From Candidatus Latescibacterota bacterium (GTDB taxonomy: Bacteria; Latescibacterota; UBA2968; SICM01), in contig CBDCJO010000002.1 in NCBI GenBank assembly GCA_965217865.1, positions 3,296,001 to 3,360,000 of the forward strand: a DNA stretch of 64,000 nt, read 5' to 3'. How positions within the stretch are numbered: the first letter of the stretch is position 1; the number at the start of each line of letters is the position of its first letter. A model generated the notes under the pieces. It did not search any database. It was not told where the DNA came from and saw only the letters and a program-made list of their open reading frames with translations. This document shows, in pieces, positions 10,869 through 20,874 of this stretch. A program made the position numbers and the translations under genes.

Positions 10869-12372
10869 CGGACTCACCCTCCGCGACCATGTCATCGAGC
10901 ATCTGGACCATGTCGTCCATCTGCGGCCAGAAATCGCGGCCGCTCGCTTCGAACTCGGCCCAAGCGCTCCGTAGATCGCCGCCTGGGTTGGCGTCGTCGG
11001 CTGCACCGGCAACTGGCCGAACATAGCGTGGGATCGAAAGGTTGCCGTTCTTCTGGAGGATTTCCGTCGCCGTCGCGACCTTGGCGAAGCCGGGGTCATC
11101 GGTAAACGCCTGATAGGCGGTGAGAATGCGCTGCTGATGTTCGGCCCTGAGAAAGCTCTGGGCCCGCTCCCGTGCCACGTCATGCACACCGTCGATGAAC
11201 AAAACCTTTCCCTCGCGGCCGGAGGGCTTCCGCGTTCGGCAAATCACCACGCAGGCTTCCATGGGCGAGTTATAGAAGAGGTTTGGTCCGAGGCCGAGCA
11301 CACATTCGAGGAGGTCCAACTCGACAAGCTGTCGCCGCATCGCCGCTTCTTCGTTGCGGAAGAGCACACCATGCGGGAAGAGAATTGCGCAGCGGCCGGT
11401 CTGTGGGTTGAGGCTCGTGAGGATGTGCTGGAAGAAGGCGTAGTCGGCTCGGCCCTGAGGCGGTGTCCCGAGGAAGTTGCGGCCCCAGGGGTCGTGCTGC
11501 CACGCCTCGCGGTTCCACTTCTTGATCGAGTACGGCGGATTGGCGAGGACCACGTCGAAGGTCCGCAAGTGGTCGCGGTCGATGAATGCTGGCTGGCTCA
11601 ACGTGTTGCCCGCGACGATCTCGAAGTCTTCCACGCCGTGCAGGACCAAGTTCATCCGGGCAATGGCGGCCGTGATGTGGATCCGCTCCTGGCCGTATAG
11701 CCCCAGCGTACGCACGTCACCGCCTCTGCGCTTAACCTCGGCCAGCGACGAGATGAGCATGCCGGCCGTGCCGGCCGTTGGGTCGTAGATGCGATCGCCC
11801 GGTTGCGGCTCGAGTACCTGCGTCATGAGATGGACCAGGGTGCGGTTGGTGTAAAACTCCTGCGCGGTGTGGCCGCTGTCGTCGGCGAACTGCTTGATGA
11901 GGTACTCGTAGCCGTTGCCCAGCTCGTCCTCTGGGACCTTGGCCAAGCTCAAGGTGTGCTGCGAAAAGTGCTCGATGAGATTCTTCAGCGTCTCGTCGGG
12001 AATCTGCGCCTTGTCTGTCCACGAGGCATTCCCGAAGACGCCATTCAGGCGCTCCGGGTTGGCCGCCTCAATGGCGCGGAAGGCATCGAGCAGTGCCCGG
12101 CCCACGTCGCGAGACGCACTGCGGACATCGGACCAGTGTGCGCCGTCGGGGATCACGAAACGGTCATCGGCAGTGGCCCGGGCGTTACCAGTCTCGTCGC
12201 GCGCACGCTGGTACTCCTCGTTCCACACGTCCGACAGGCGTTTGAAGAAGAGCAACGGGAAGACGTACTGCTTGTAGTCGCCGGCATCGATCAGGCCCCG
12301 CAGGAGCTTCGCGGCGCCCCAGAGGTAGGACTCAAGGTCCTGCTGGCTCATGTGTTCAGCGGACGTACTCAT
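10861..12372 (-). CDS. hsdM: Type I R-M M subunit, NPPY type
   Basis: 'QEFYTNRTLV', 'YDPTAGTAGML', 'VLANPPYS'. Confidence 0.92.
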   Translation of the reverse strand: MSTSAEHMSQQDLESYLWGAAKLLRGLIDAGDYKQYVFPLLFFKRLSDVWNEEYQRARDETGNARATADDRFVIPDGAHWSDVRSASRDVGRALLDAFRAIEAANPERLNGVFGNASWTDKAQIPDETLKNLIEHFSQHTLSLAKVPEDELGNGYEYLIKQFADDSGHTAQEFYTNRTLVHLMTQVLEPQPGDRIYDPTAGTAGMLISSLAEVKRRGGDVRTLGLYGQERIHITAAIARMNLVLHGVEDFEIVAGNTLSQPAFIDRDHLRTFDVVLANPPYSIKKWNREAWQHDPWGRNFLGTPPQGRADYAFFQHILTSLNPQTGRCAILFPHGVLFRNEEAAMRRQLVELDLLECVLGLGPNLFYNSPMEACVVICRTRKPSGREGKVLFIDGVHDVARERAQSFLRAEHQQRILTAYQAFTDDPGFAKVATATEILQKNGNLSIPRYVRPVAGAADDANPGGDLRSAWAEFEASGRDFWPQMDDMVQMLDDMVAEGESDG

Positions 12373-13889
12373 GCGAGCCAGCCTCCGTCGGTCAGGACCT
12401 CATGCAGGTGATCCTCGGCCGCTCGGCATTCAGAGAGCGCCTGCTTGAAGGCCGCGATCGCCTCGGACAACGGCGGGATCTTCTCCCCGATGGGCGGCAG
12501 CACGTAACGCGAGATATTGAGCGTCCAGTCTTCGGCCGTGATCTCACGCAGGCTGACGACCTTGGCGCGATCCGCTACATCCTTGAAAGCGTGCACCCAG
12601 GCAACGATGTGTTCGCGGTGCTCGGGATCGAGAAAGTTCTGGGCTCGACCTTTCCGGAACATGGTCGAAGCGTCCACTATCAGCACCTGTCCCTTCCGGC
12701 TGGCAGGCTTCGCCCGACGGAGAACGACAATCGCGGGCGCGAGCCCGGTGCCATAGAAGATGTTCGGGCCCAACCCAATGACTGCTTCGATGAGATCGCG
12801 CTCCAAGAGGTGCTGCCGAATGGCGCCCTCGGCACCCTTGCGGAAGAGCGCGCCCTGCGGAAGCACAACCGCCATGCGGCCCGTGCCTGCCGCCATTGAC
12901 GCGACCATGTGCTGAACCCAGGCAAAGTCGCCGTAGTTGTCCGGCGGGAGGCCGAAGTCGGCCCGGCCCCACGGGTCAGCCTCCCACACCTCGCGTCCCC
13001 ACTCTTTGAGCGAGAAGGGTGGATTGGCGATCACGCAGTCGAAGGTTGCGAGGCCGCCCGTGCTTGAGTCGGTGAACGCTGGGCTCCGGAGCGTGTCTTC
13101 ACGCACGATCTGGACGTCCTCAATGCCGTGGAGTACGAGGTTCATGCGGGCGATCGACGAGGTCGTGAGGTTCTTCTCCTGGCCGTAGATTTTGCCGAGA
13201 AAGGTACGCGGGTCACCGCCAGCGCGCTGCACGTGCTCGATCGCCCCGAGCAGCATTCCGCCTGTGCCGCAGGCCGGGTCGTAGATGCTCTCGCCCTCCT
13301 TGGGATCGAGGAGATCGACCATCAGGCGAACCACGCTTCTCGGCGTGTAGAACTCGCCGGCCTTCTTGCGCTTGGTGATGTCGGCGAACTTCCCGATAAG
13401 GTATTCATAGGCGTCGCCCAGGATGTCCGAGCTGGCGACCCTGTTACCGAGCGTGACCTCCGAGATCCCTTCGATCAGGTCTTTGAGGATCTCGTCAGTG
13501 AGCATCTCGCGGTTGCCCCAGTCGGCGGCCCCGAAGACGCGGTAGAGCGTGTCGGGATTGGTGCGCTCGATGGTGCGCATGGCGCGCGAGAGCGCCGCGC
13601 CGACGTTAGTCGAAGTCTCACGGATATCTTGCCAGTGGCAACCCTCTGGGACACGGAAACGGTGCACTTCAGGGAAGTCCACCGCGACGGCATCTCCGTA
13701 CACCAACGTGGCCTCCGCCGCCTCCTCGTCCCACACGTCGCAGATCCGCTTGAAGAAGAGCAGCGGCAGGATGTACGCCTTCCAGTCCGTCCGATCGACG
13801 GCACTGCCGCGCAGGATCTCGGCGCAATCCCAGAGACGAGACTTGAGGTCTTGAAGGCCCAGAGCCATATCGTCAGCAGACACTGCCAT
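12369..13889 (-). CDS. hsdM: Type I R-M M subunit, NPPF type
   Basis: 'GEFYTPRSVV', 'YDPACGTGGML', 'VIANPPFS'. Confidence 0.93.
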   Translation of the reverse strand: MAVSADDMALGLQDLKSRLWDCAEILRGSAVDRTDWKAYILPLLFFKRICDVWDEEAAEATLVYGDAVAVDFPEVHRFRVPEGCHWQDIRETSTNVGAALSRAMRTIERTNPDTLYRVFGAADWGNREMLTDEILKDLIEGISEVTLGNRVASSDILGDAYEYLIGKFADITKRKKAGEFYTPRSVVRLMVDLLDPKEGESIYDPACGTGGMLLGAIEHVQRAGGDPRTFLGKIYGQEKNLTTSSIARMNLVLHGIEDVQIVREDTLRSPAFTDSSTGGLATFDCVIANPPFSLKEWGREVWEADPWGRADFGLPPDNYGDFAWVQHMVASMAAGTGRMAVVLPQGALFRKGAEGAIRQHLLERDLIEAVIGLGPNIFYGTGLAPAIVVLRRAKPASRKGQVLIVDASTMFRKGRAQNFLDPEHREHIVAWVHAFKDVADRAKVVSLREITAEDWTLNISRYVLPPIGEKIPPLSEAIAAFKQALSECRAAEDHLHEVLTDGGWLA

Positions 13890-14211
13890 GCCGCGCCGTG
13901 ATTGTCTCGCCTGTGGGTTCGCCGATCACAACGGTGGATTGCGTCATGAGGCTGCCGCTGTCAGGGACGAGGTGATCGGCTTCCGCGCCCAGTTCACCGG
14001 TAGAGCGCGGCGATTCGTTGCCAGAACAGCGGTGACGGCCTGCGTTTCCGCGCCTCCCATTGGTAGACAACGGCTCAGGAAAGGGCAGATTAGCTTGTTA
14101 GCTGACCTTGATTGAGCGGGGTGATAGCCGGTATCGAGGGATGCAGGATCAAGACCGGGAAGACCCGAAGAAAAAGGGCCGCCAGGCCGGGCCGCCTCGG
14201 TCCGGGTTTCC

Positions 14212-15003
14212 TTAGATGGGGGGTAGCGTTTCGATGTTCACGATCCAGCGAGAGGGAATAGCTTCACAGAATCCCATACCACAGTCGAGTTGGAGGGTTC
14301 CACAGTCGAACTCCGGGTGTGCCAGGGTGTAGCTCCAAGCCTTGAGGAAGTCTTCGACAAGGTTGGGCAGTTGGTCTCTTTCAAGCCGGGCAGCGATGGA
14401 AAGGTACCGATTGGCTCTATTCAACGCGACGGGTCCGGGTACGGCGACCTGGATGATCCTTGCTTTGCCATCCTCTCTAAGGAGTTCCGTTCCTTCGTCA
14501 CCGAGAAGCGCGTATGCCACGTGTTGGTCGAATTCGGACCCATGAGCCAGGTAGTGATTGAAGCCGTGAAGCAGTCCGCAACGGGAGAGCGTCAGAGAAA
14601 CTTGCCCCTCTCGGTGCCCGGCTTTGTTGCCCTCTCCATACTTGAGCAAGGCCGCATCGAGCGCCTCTTCGTTCCATCGCCGATGGCATAAAAGCGCTCT
14701 GACAAGGCGCTCTCGCCGAGCTGGTGCTTCCAAAGGCAGCAGGCCGATGGATCGAATCGAATCAACCTCCAAATCGATCAAGCGAGATCCGTGATAACCC
14801 GCGACCGTCGTCGTTCGAATCCACTCAAGCGTTGCTTTGATGATCTTCTCCCGGTTCGTGCAGGAAAAAAGCAGATCAAGCGCGTCTTCGACAAACTCGG
14901 GCTTTTCCGCGAGAAGTTTCTCCCGGGCCGCATTCGGCAAGAGAGACCCAACTGCTTTCGTGAGGAGCGGACCCCAGATGCAGTTGTTGTCGAAATCCAC
15001 CAT
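14212..15003 (-). CDS. Hypothetical protein, possible ADP-ribosyltransferase-like fold
   Basis: 263-aa ORF with purine-rich RBS; 'GYHGSR...SIRSIGLLP' and 'VSLTLS' motifs. Confidence 0.6.
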   Translation of the reverse strand: MVDFDNNCIWGPLLTKAVGSLLPNAAREKLLAEKPEFVEDALDLLFSCTNREKIIKATLEWIRTTTVAGYHGSRLIDLEVDSIRSIGLLPLEAPARRERLVRALLCHRRWNEEALDAALLKYGEGNKAGHREGQVSLTLSRCGLLHGFNHYLAHGSEFDQHVAYALLGDEGTELLREDGKARIIQVAVPGPVALNRANRYLSIAARLERDQLPNLVEDFLKAWSYTLAHPEFDCGTLQLDCGMGFCEAIPSRWIVNIETLPPI

Positions 15004-15091
15004 GACTTTCTCCCATAGCTAATCTCCTCTCCTGGCGCGCAAAGGCCGCTGACGGGCCGCTGAGAGGCAGGGAAGGGGGAGCCTAGCTTTG

Positions 15092-15752
15092 TTAGAGCGG
15101 CGCAAGAAATCGACTTCGCAACGTCAAGAATGCAAATAGGTGACCTATAGTGAGTTCGTCCCGAAAAACTAACCAGGAACCGTAAGCGACCGTAGCTACA
15201 TAACTGAAGGCATTGTTGAGGGCCATCGCTGAACTGTGTATTCCTGTCCATGTGTCTCGCACAACCGACAACGATTTCACCTTTTCCAAGGATTTTATGA
15301 TAGATGATAAAACCTTCTTATCGTATGCAACCTTTTTTAGGTAGGACAGATTTTCAATGCCACTTACTGCTTGATTGTTTGCATTCGAAACGGCCTCTCT
15401 TGCTGCCGAGTCGCTATTGAAAAGGACGTGTCTAAATCCCCGCGTAGCCAACGCCATAACTGGGACAATTGCGAACCCCACTACCAGCAATTTCCATTGG
15501 ATCCAGCCAATATAGATAATTGCTGACACAAAGCTAAGGAAATTATTCATCGCAACGTTTAGGATCGTCAACAAGAATCCCTGTATGCGTTGCACATCAC
15601 TGTCCAGTCGTGTAAAAACATCTTCTGTACCTAGCGAGTGTAATGCTTCTGAGTCTAAGTCGGATATTCGTTCTAGCACCGCTATTTTAACCGCCAGTGT
15701 CAGCCGGTGAGAGATCACCGACGCAAGGTAATTATGTGCTGAATTGCTCACG
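15092..15752 (-). pseudogene. ABC exporter transmembrane-domain fragment (lower GC)
   Basis: 'DVFTRLDSDV', hydrophobic helices, 'GSWLVFRDELTIGHLFAF'; no ATPase domain. Confidence 0.75.
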
Positions 15753-15756
15753 GTCA

Positions 15757-16127
15757 GGAGACGCACTTGCGCAGGCCCGGCTATTCCTTTGTGGTGATTG
15801 CCGTCAGAATACTGCAGGGCAAGCGTTCTTCGGCGAGCGTGGCCCACATTTTGCGCTGGCGGGGCCAGTGGGGGACGGCGGCGATGGGACGGACGTCCTT
15901 CTCGAAAACCGGATCGCGGCCCCGGAGCGTGGGCGGCAGGAACAGCAGCGCTTCCTGAATGTCGGGCGCCAGGTGGAGCAGGTTCATGATCTGCGTGATC
16001 CTCGCCCGGGTCACGCAGCCGAGGCGCGCCAGGTCCGCATAGTCCCGCACGTTGCCCCGCCGGACCAGCCCCTCGAACCGTATCGCCAGGGCCGTCAGTC
16101 TCGATATGCGAGGTATATTCCCCGGCT
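15757..16127 (-). repeat. Diverged duplicate of ~8848-9220 (recombinase-associated gene 3' part plus IS256 junction)
   Basis: Near-identical nucleotide and protein sequence with scattered substitutions. Confidence 0.9.
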
Positions 16128-16193
16128 CCCCATATGATCCTCTCCCCGGAACCATTCTCTGTTCGTCAGACGTAACATGCTGTATTGAAAGGA
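16124..16193 (+). repeat. Dispersed repeat R1 core (GGCTCCCCATATGATCC...GAAAGGA)
   Basis: Also begins at 16903, 27881 and 47948; upstream half at ~19968-20045. Confidence 0.9.
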
Positions 16194-16486
16194 CCGATGC
16201 CGATCCAACGCTTGCTGAGCCTCTTGAAGAATGGTACACATGAAGAGGTGGTACACGTGTCGCTTCTAATGAGGCCGCGATCGTTAGATCGCGGAAATAC
16301 CTCACCAGGAGAGCATCTAATGTATTTTCAACGATCTGTCCGGACAAATGCGAGCGGCGACCTCCCAAACACCGGAATCCGGGTCATTCATCTATTCCTC
16401 CTGCGTCCAACCGACTGTAAACATTGCCTGTTCAACCGACGCGAGCGCCCCCGGAATTTTCCGCGCCGCCTCGCCGTTCGCAACGC

Positions 16487-16902
16487 TCAACGCGTTACAA
16501 AAACCGGGTATTTGCCTAACTCGCCCTGGAGCGTTTTGGCGAGCAGACGGGCCTGAATTTCGAGTAATCGCCGATAACTGACACGATAGTCGAAGAGAGG
16601 ATGCGTAACGAGCGTGTCCATCCGGGCCTCATACGCGCGGAAGAACCCTTTCGCCCCGCAACCGTCAACAAGTCACGCTCGGAGACCATCTTCGTGTTCA
16701 CCGCGCTCAGCACGGCCGAATCCGCGATCAGGGGCCGTAGCGGCTCCATCAGGTCCAGCGCCAGCGCCGGCCGGCTATGACGCGGCTGGTGATAGAAACC
16801 GATCATCGGATCAAAGCCGACGGCGTAGCAGGCGACGGTCAGATCCTTCGCCAGGAGCTATAGCCGAGCGACAACAGGGCATTGACGGGGTCACGGCGGC
16901 GG
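16487..16902 (-). pseudogene. cas1: CRISPR Cas1 C-terminal fragment with frameshifts
   Basis: Across frames: 'RPPRDPVNALLSLGYS', 'GFDPMIGFYHQPR...PALALDLMEPLRPLIADS', 'AYEARMDTLVTHPLFDYRVSYRRLLEIQARLL'. Confidence 0.85.
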
Positions 16903-17700
16903 TCCCCATATGATCCTCTCCCCGGAACCATTCTCTGTTCGTCAGTCGTAACCTGCTGTAATGAAAGGATCTGTCCTAATTACGCCCGCGCCGCAGACGC
17001 GGAAGACAGCGTCAAGACGACTTCCGCCCTTCAGGTTAAAACAGCCACTTCTCCGACATGGGATCAGGATATCCGGGTCATCGTTACCCGCGCTGTTCAC
17101 CTTGGTGCTGACGGCGCGCCTTTCGTAGGGGCCAACACAGGCTTCACGCATCAACTCGAGAAGCCGTGGTGAGGTCGTTGTCCACGTTCTGGACCGCCTC
17201 ACGCTGTCGGAAGCTGTGGCGGAGGAACCGTTTAACCTGAAGAAATTCTACATAGTGCGGCGCAAATCTCAAATCCCCTCTTCCCACACCCGCCAAATCG
17301 CCACTCTTATCTTCCCCTCCATCCGCTCGTAGCTTCTGATCGCTCGGATCTGAAGCCTCCCTGGTTGACAGCTTCCGGCCAAACGGCTATATTACTCGAT
17401 TGTCTGACTGCCCCTAATCGTCTTGGCTCCCAGTCTCGCGCACCCCCGGAATGCAGTGAGGGGCAAGACCACGCTCGTCGAAACCGTGGCGGGCGCGTGG
17501 GGAGCAGGAAGCCACGCCCTTCCGGGGGGCATATCGGGTTCTCAAATATGAACAGGGAACAGAAGCAGAGTATGAAGCTGGAAGATCTCCAGGCCAATGC
17601 TGCGGTGCATGGCATCCTATCCGACTCCCTCGTCACGGTGGTCAGCGTGCAGTGGTTCGGCTCCGAAGCGCTTGAGTTGACGTACAAGACACCGACTGGA
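16903..17700 (+). repeat. ~790-bp duplicate of 47950-48730, including the 5' end of the SNF2 helicase gene
   Basis: Near-identical sequence; both encode 'MKLEDLQANAAVHGILSDSLVTVVSVQWFGSEALELTYKTP'. Confidence 0.92.
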
Positions 17701-18134
17701 AATTACGCTCTCAACAATGCACCTCCTTATCGATCAAACCCGCATTCGGGAATACCGGTCACAGTGAAGGGAGGGCTTGGAAGGCAAGATGGCGACGCTT
17801 CACGCCGCGCGGCCAGTGCTTGGTGCAACCACGTTTGACGTGTATCTCGTATCGCGAATGCGATATTCTTGGCCGCCCGCTCACGCCGGAGGAAGTCCAG
17901 CATTTCACGGATACTGCGAGAAGGATTGGGACGCTACTATCTGGATCAACTTTGGCTACTGATGAGGGACGGGTATAATTTCGTTGCGTGCGACGGCGAT
18001 TGCGCATCTGAGCCCACTGCCTTTGGTGCGGATCTTCGGGCGGCTTGCATGTCTCGGACGCCGGATGGCCATGAACCAAACCTGCTATGGCATACGAGGC
18101 ACCAGCGGGTATCAGGAGTTCTTCATATATTGGC

Positions 18135-18340
18135 TCGTCGTCAGCATACGTATGAAGTACTCAGGCAGCTCGGCCGGGTAGCGGGCCGGGTGCGGCTTGA
18201 AGCCCTTTTCCTCGCAGTAGCGCAGATAGAAGCTGTTGCTCTCGGTGTTCGGGATCGCAATGAGATTGGGCGGGATGGCCGCACCGTTGTCGATGCTGAA
18301 CTTCTTGCTGATGTTGTGACCGGATGGGCGCTTCTTCGAG
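18135..18340 (-). pseudogene. N4/N6 site-specific DNA methyltransferase fragment
   Basis: 'DNGAAIPPNLIAIPNTESN...HPARYPAELPEYFIRMLT'. Confidence 0.75.
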
Positions 18341-18384
18341 GAATACGCGGCGATCATGCAATATGATGGCGGAATGACTCGTGA

Positions 18385-18585
18385 GGAAGCCGAAACTCAA
18401 GCTCGTGAGGCGAAGATGCTTGATGATCTCCTGAACCTCCCCCCGTTCGACCTGAAGGACCTCCCCGAACCTGCGCTTGATGATCTCCTGAAGGACCTCC
18501 TCATCCTGCCGGAACTCCCTGAACTCCCCCCATTCGTGTGACTGTCGCACTCCACTGTTGCAACTCCACTGTCCCGCTCCACTAT
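18385..18585 (+). repeat. Dispersed repeat R4, long copy; short acidic ORF 'AAIMQYDGGMTREEAE...' then CTCCACT tandem
   Basis: Matches ~51010-51152, which has an internal deletion. Confidence 0.8.
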
Positions 18586-19001
18586 CCCATATACCCCCCC
18601 ACGGTCGCTTTTCTGAAGGTTCCGCATCTTTGCCCGGATTCCTGAATAAAGTCGCACACGGGGAGAATCCGATGCCCTGTGGGCGATTCCGGGGCAAGGG
18701 GGCCATCTCGTTTAAGGATCCCAGCCCATGAGGGGTCGCGGCTCCGCCGGCGGAAACCACATGGGGCCTCCTTCCAAGAAAAAGTGGAGGCAAAAACGTT
18801 GCGCGGGGCTATCCGGTCGGCGGATTCGGAAACTCCGGCCCTGGACGAGGGGTTGATTACAGTGGCGACCGCCTCTGATCTTTCAGGTCCTTCTCCGGGA
18901 AACAGATCGCCAGGTTTTGAGGGCGCAGGGTGGCTCATGGCGATTGAGGGATGACAACTTGTGGAATTTGATTCCGTTGGGAGATTTCTGGCGTGGGTCA
19001 G

Positions 19002-19240
19002 TGGCGAGACAGTGGCTCGAGACACCTCGAGACAGCGTTGAGGGCACAGATCCGGCCCGTGGGCGACTTTCTTTCTGAATCCGGGAAAAGGGGGGACGCG
19101 ACCTCCACAAAACGGGCGGCACGGCACAGACGGCACGTGGGCGAAGTGAGAAGGTCCCGGTCCCGTGGATTTGCGGCCCGGGACCTCACTCGTGATCGGG
19201 GTCGAGCATCTCGAGAGCCCGAGCTTCGGCTTCCTCGCGA
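19002..19240 (+). repeat. ~240-bp direct repeat R3, copy 1
   Basis: Near-identical to 19729-19967. Confidence 0.9.
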
Positions 19241-19728
19241 GTCATTCCACCCTCATGCTCCATGATCCCCGCGTGATGTCAAGCTCTCGACGTAAACAGC
19301 GGTTCTCCTCCTCCAAAGGCTTCTGGTGACCTGTACCTGGGAACGCATCGATCGGATCTGCCTCCAGCAGAGAAGCGGTAGGAGTAGCCGATATCAGCGA
19401 CAAGACGGATCACCAGGTGGAGCGGGATTTGGGGCTGTACCAGGCGCGCTTGGGCACTGGCGAGCAGACAGAGCCGAAGGCCGATGCTGTGCACGATTTT
19501 GCGGCTATAGTGCCGCCTCAAGAGCGGGTCGTTCCCGGGTCTGGAAGCTTTTCAGACGAGAAAGCCAGGCGTAAAAACCGCTCGACAATATTCCTAAGAT
19601 CTGCCATCCTCTCCACTGGAAACTTAGTGCGGCCCTTCATAAATCGGTATTTGTCTTCGGTGTCTTCGAGAAGATGGTGTCTACTTTTTGGAATGCTTCG
19701 CGCCTGCCTGGTATCGGCAAGAATTTAA

Positions 19729-19967
19729 TGGCGAGACAGTGGCTCGAGACACCTCGAGGCAGCGTTGAGGGCACAGATCCGGCCCGTGTGCGACTTTCTT
19801 TCTGAATCCGGGAAAAGGGGGACGCGACCTCCACAAAACGGGCGGCACGGCACAGACGGCACGTGGGCGAAGTGAGAAGGTCCCGGTCCCGTGGATTTGC
19901 GGCCCGGGACCTCACTCGTGATCGGGGTCGAGCATCTCGAGAGCCCGAGCTTCGGCTTCCTCGCGAG
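19729..19967 (+). repeat. ~240-bp direct repeat R3, copy 2, continuing into the upstream half of R1
   Basis: Near-identical to 19002-19240. Confidence 0.9.
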
Positions 19968-20498
19968 ACCCCGGAAGGTTGCCCCACGGGGTCTTGCGTT
20001 AACGGACGACCGCCGAAGTTGGCGGATTGGAATATGGCTCCCCATCTGCACCCTTTTCCTAACCGCTCACCGTCACGCCAGAGAGAGAATCCCTTGTATT
20101 TGAGGGACTTGGGTAACAAGGACGCCTGCAAGGGTGGGGAATCCACCAGGCGACCTTTTATCGCTGGCTCCGAATTGGTAAGATGGCGAAGTCCGGGAAG
20201 TTTCGAGAGTTTTGCCAGTCATTGAAAAAGGCCGGGAGGTAGAGTCGGATCAGCGGGGCAAAAGTGGCGTCAGAACGACTTCCGCCCTTCAGGTCAAAAC
20301 AGCCGCTTCTCAGACATGGCGAGTGGCGATGGGGCGACAAGGGCAACTCCAGGCTGGACCTGGGGCACGTTCACGGACTTCGAGGCGGGACGTTGGTGGG
20401 GGAGCCATCGGAGAGGGACTCGGGGTGCTTCACGTCGCTTGGGGAGGACGAAAGGACCGCCATTTCATCCGTCAGGTGAGTGGGTGATTTGAAAGCAC

Positions 20499-20527
20499 TT
20501 GACATTCTGTGGTCATTTGGCTACAAT
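20499..20527 (+). promoter_or_regulatory. Sigma70-type promoter of the TA operon
   Basis: TTGACA-17 bp-TACAAT, 8 nt upstream of ATG 20536. Confidence 0.75.
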
Positions 20528-20535
20528 CATTCTCA

Positions 20536-20874
20536 ATGATTAAGGTTGTCCACTACGTTTCGGAAAGCGGTACGGACTATTTCGATGCATGGCTCCAGAC
20601 ACAAAGTCCCGAGACCCGCGCCCGCGTCCAGACACGCATCGATCGAGTAGAACTGGGTAACTTCGGTGATCACGAGGGCGTTGGCGAAGGCGTCTACGAG
20701 CTTCGGATCGACTTCGGCCCCGGGTATCGGGTCTACTATGGCCGCGATGGTGAAGATCTCGTGATTTTGTGTGGCGGCGGGACGAAGAAACGTCAAGCCC
20801 ACGACATCGCAAAGGCCCGGACCTGCTGGAAAGCGTACAAACAGGAGAAACGAAATGCCCGTAAGAGAACATAA
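20536..20874 (+). CDS. RelE/ParE-family addiction module killer (HI1419-like)
   Basis: 'RIDRVELGNFGD...VGEGVYELRIDFGPGYRVYY...ILCGGGTK...DIAKA'. Confidence 0.9.
   Translation: MIKVVHYVSESGTDYFDAWLQTQSPETRARVQTRIDRVELGNFGDHEGVGEGVYELRIDFGPGYRVYYGRDGEDLVILCGGGTKKRQAHDIAKARTCWKAYKQEKRNARKRT

Noticed and set aside
9645-11189. 514-aa ORF as a novel HsdS-recombinase fusion
   Set aside because: The recombinase piece is in another frame and the 5' extension overlaps hsdM; the true start is 10868.
16200-16490. cas2 or a CRISPR array next to the cas1 fragment
   Set aside because: No Cas2-like ORF and no regularly spaced repeat-spacer units here or anywhere in the window.
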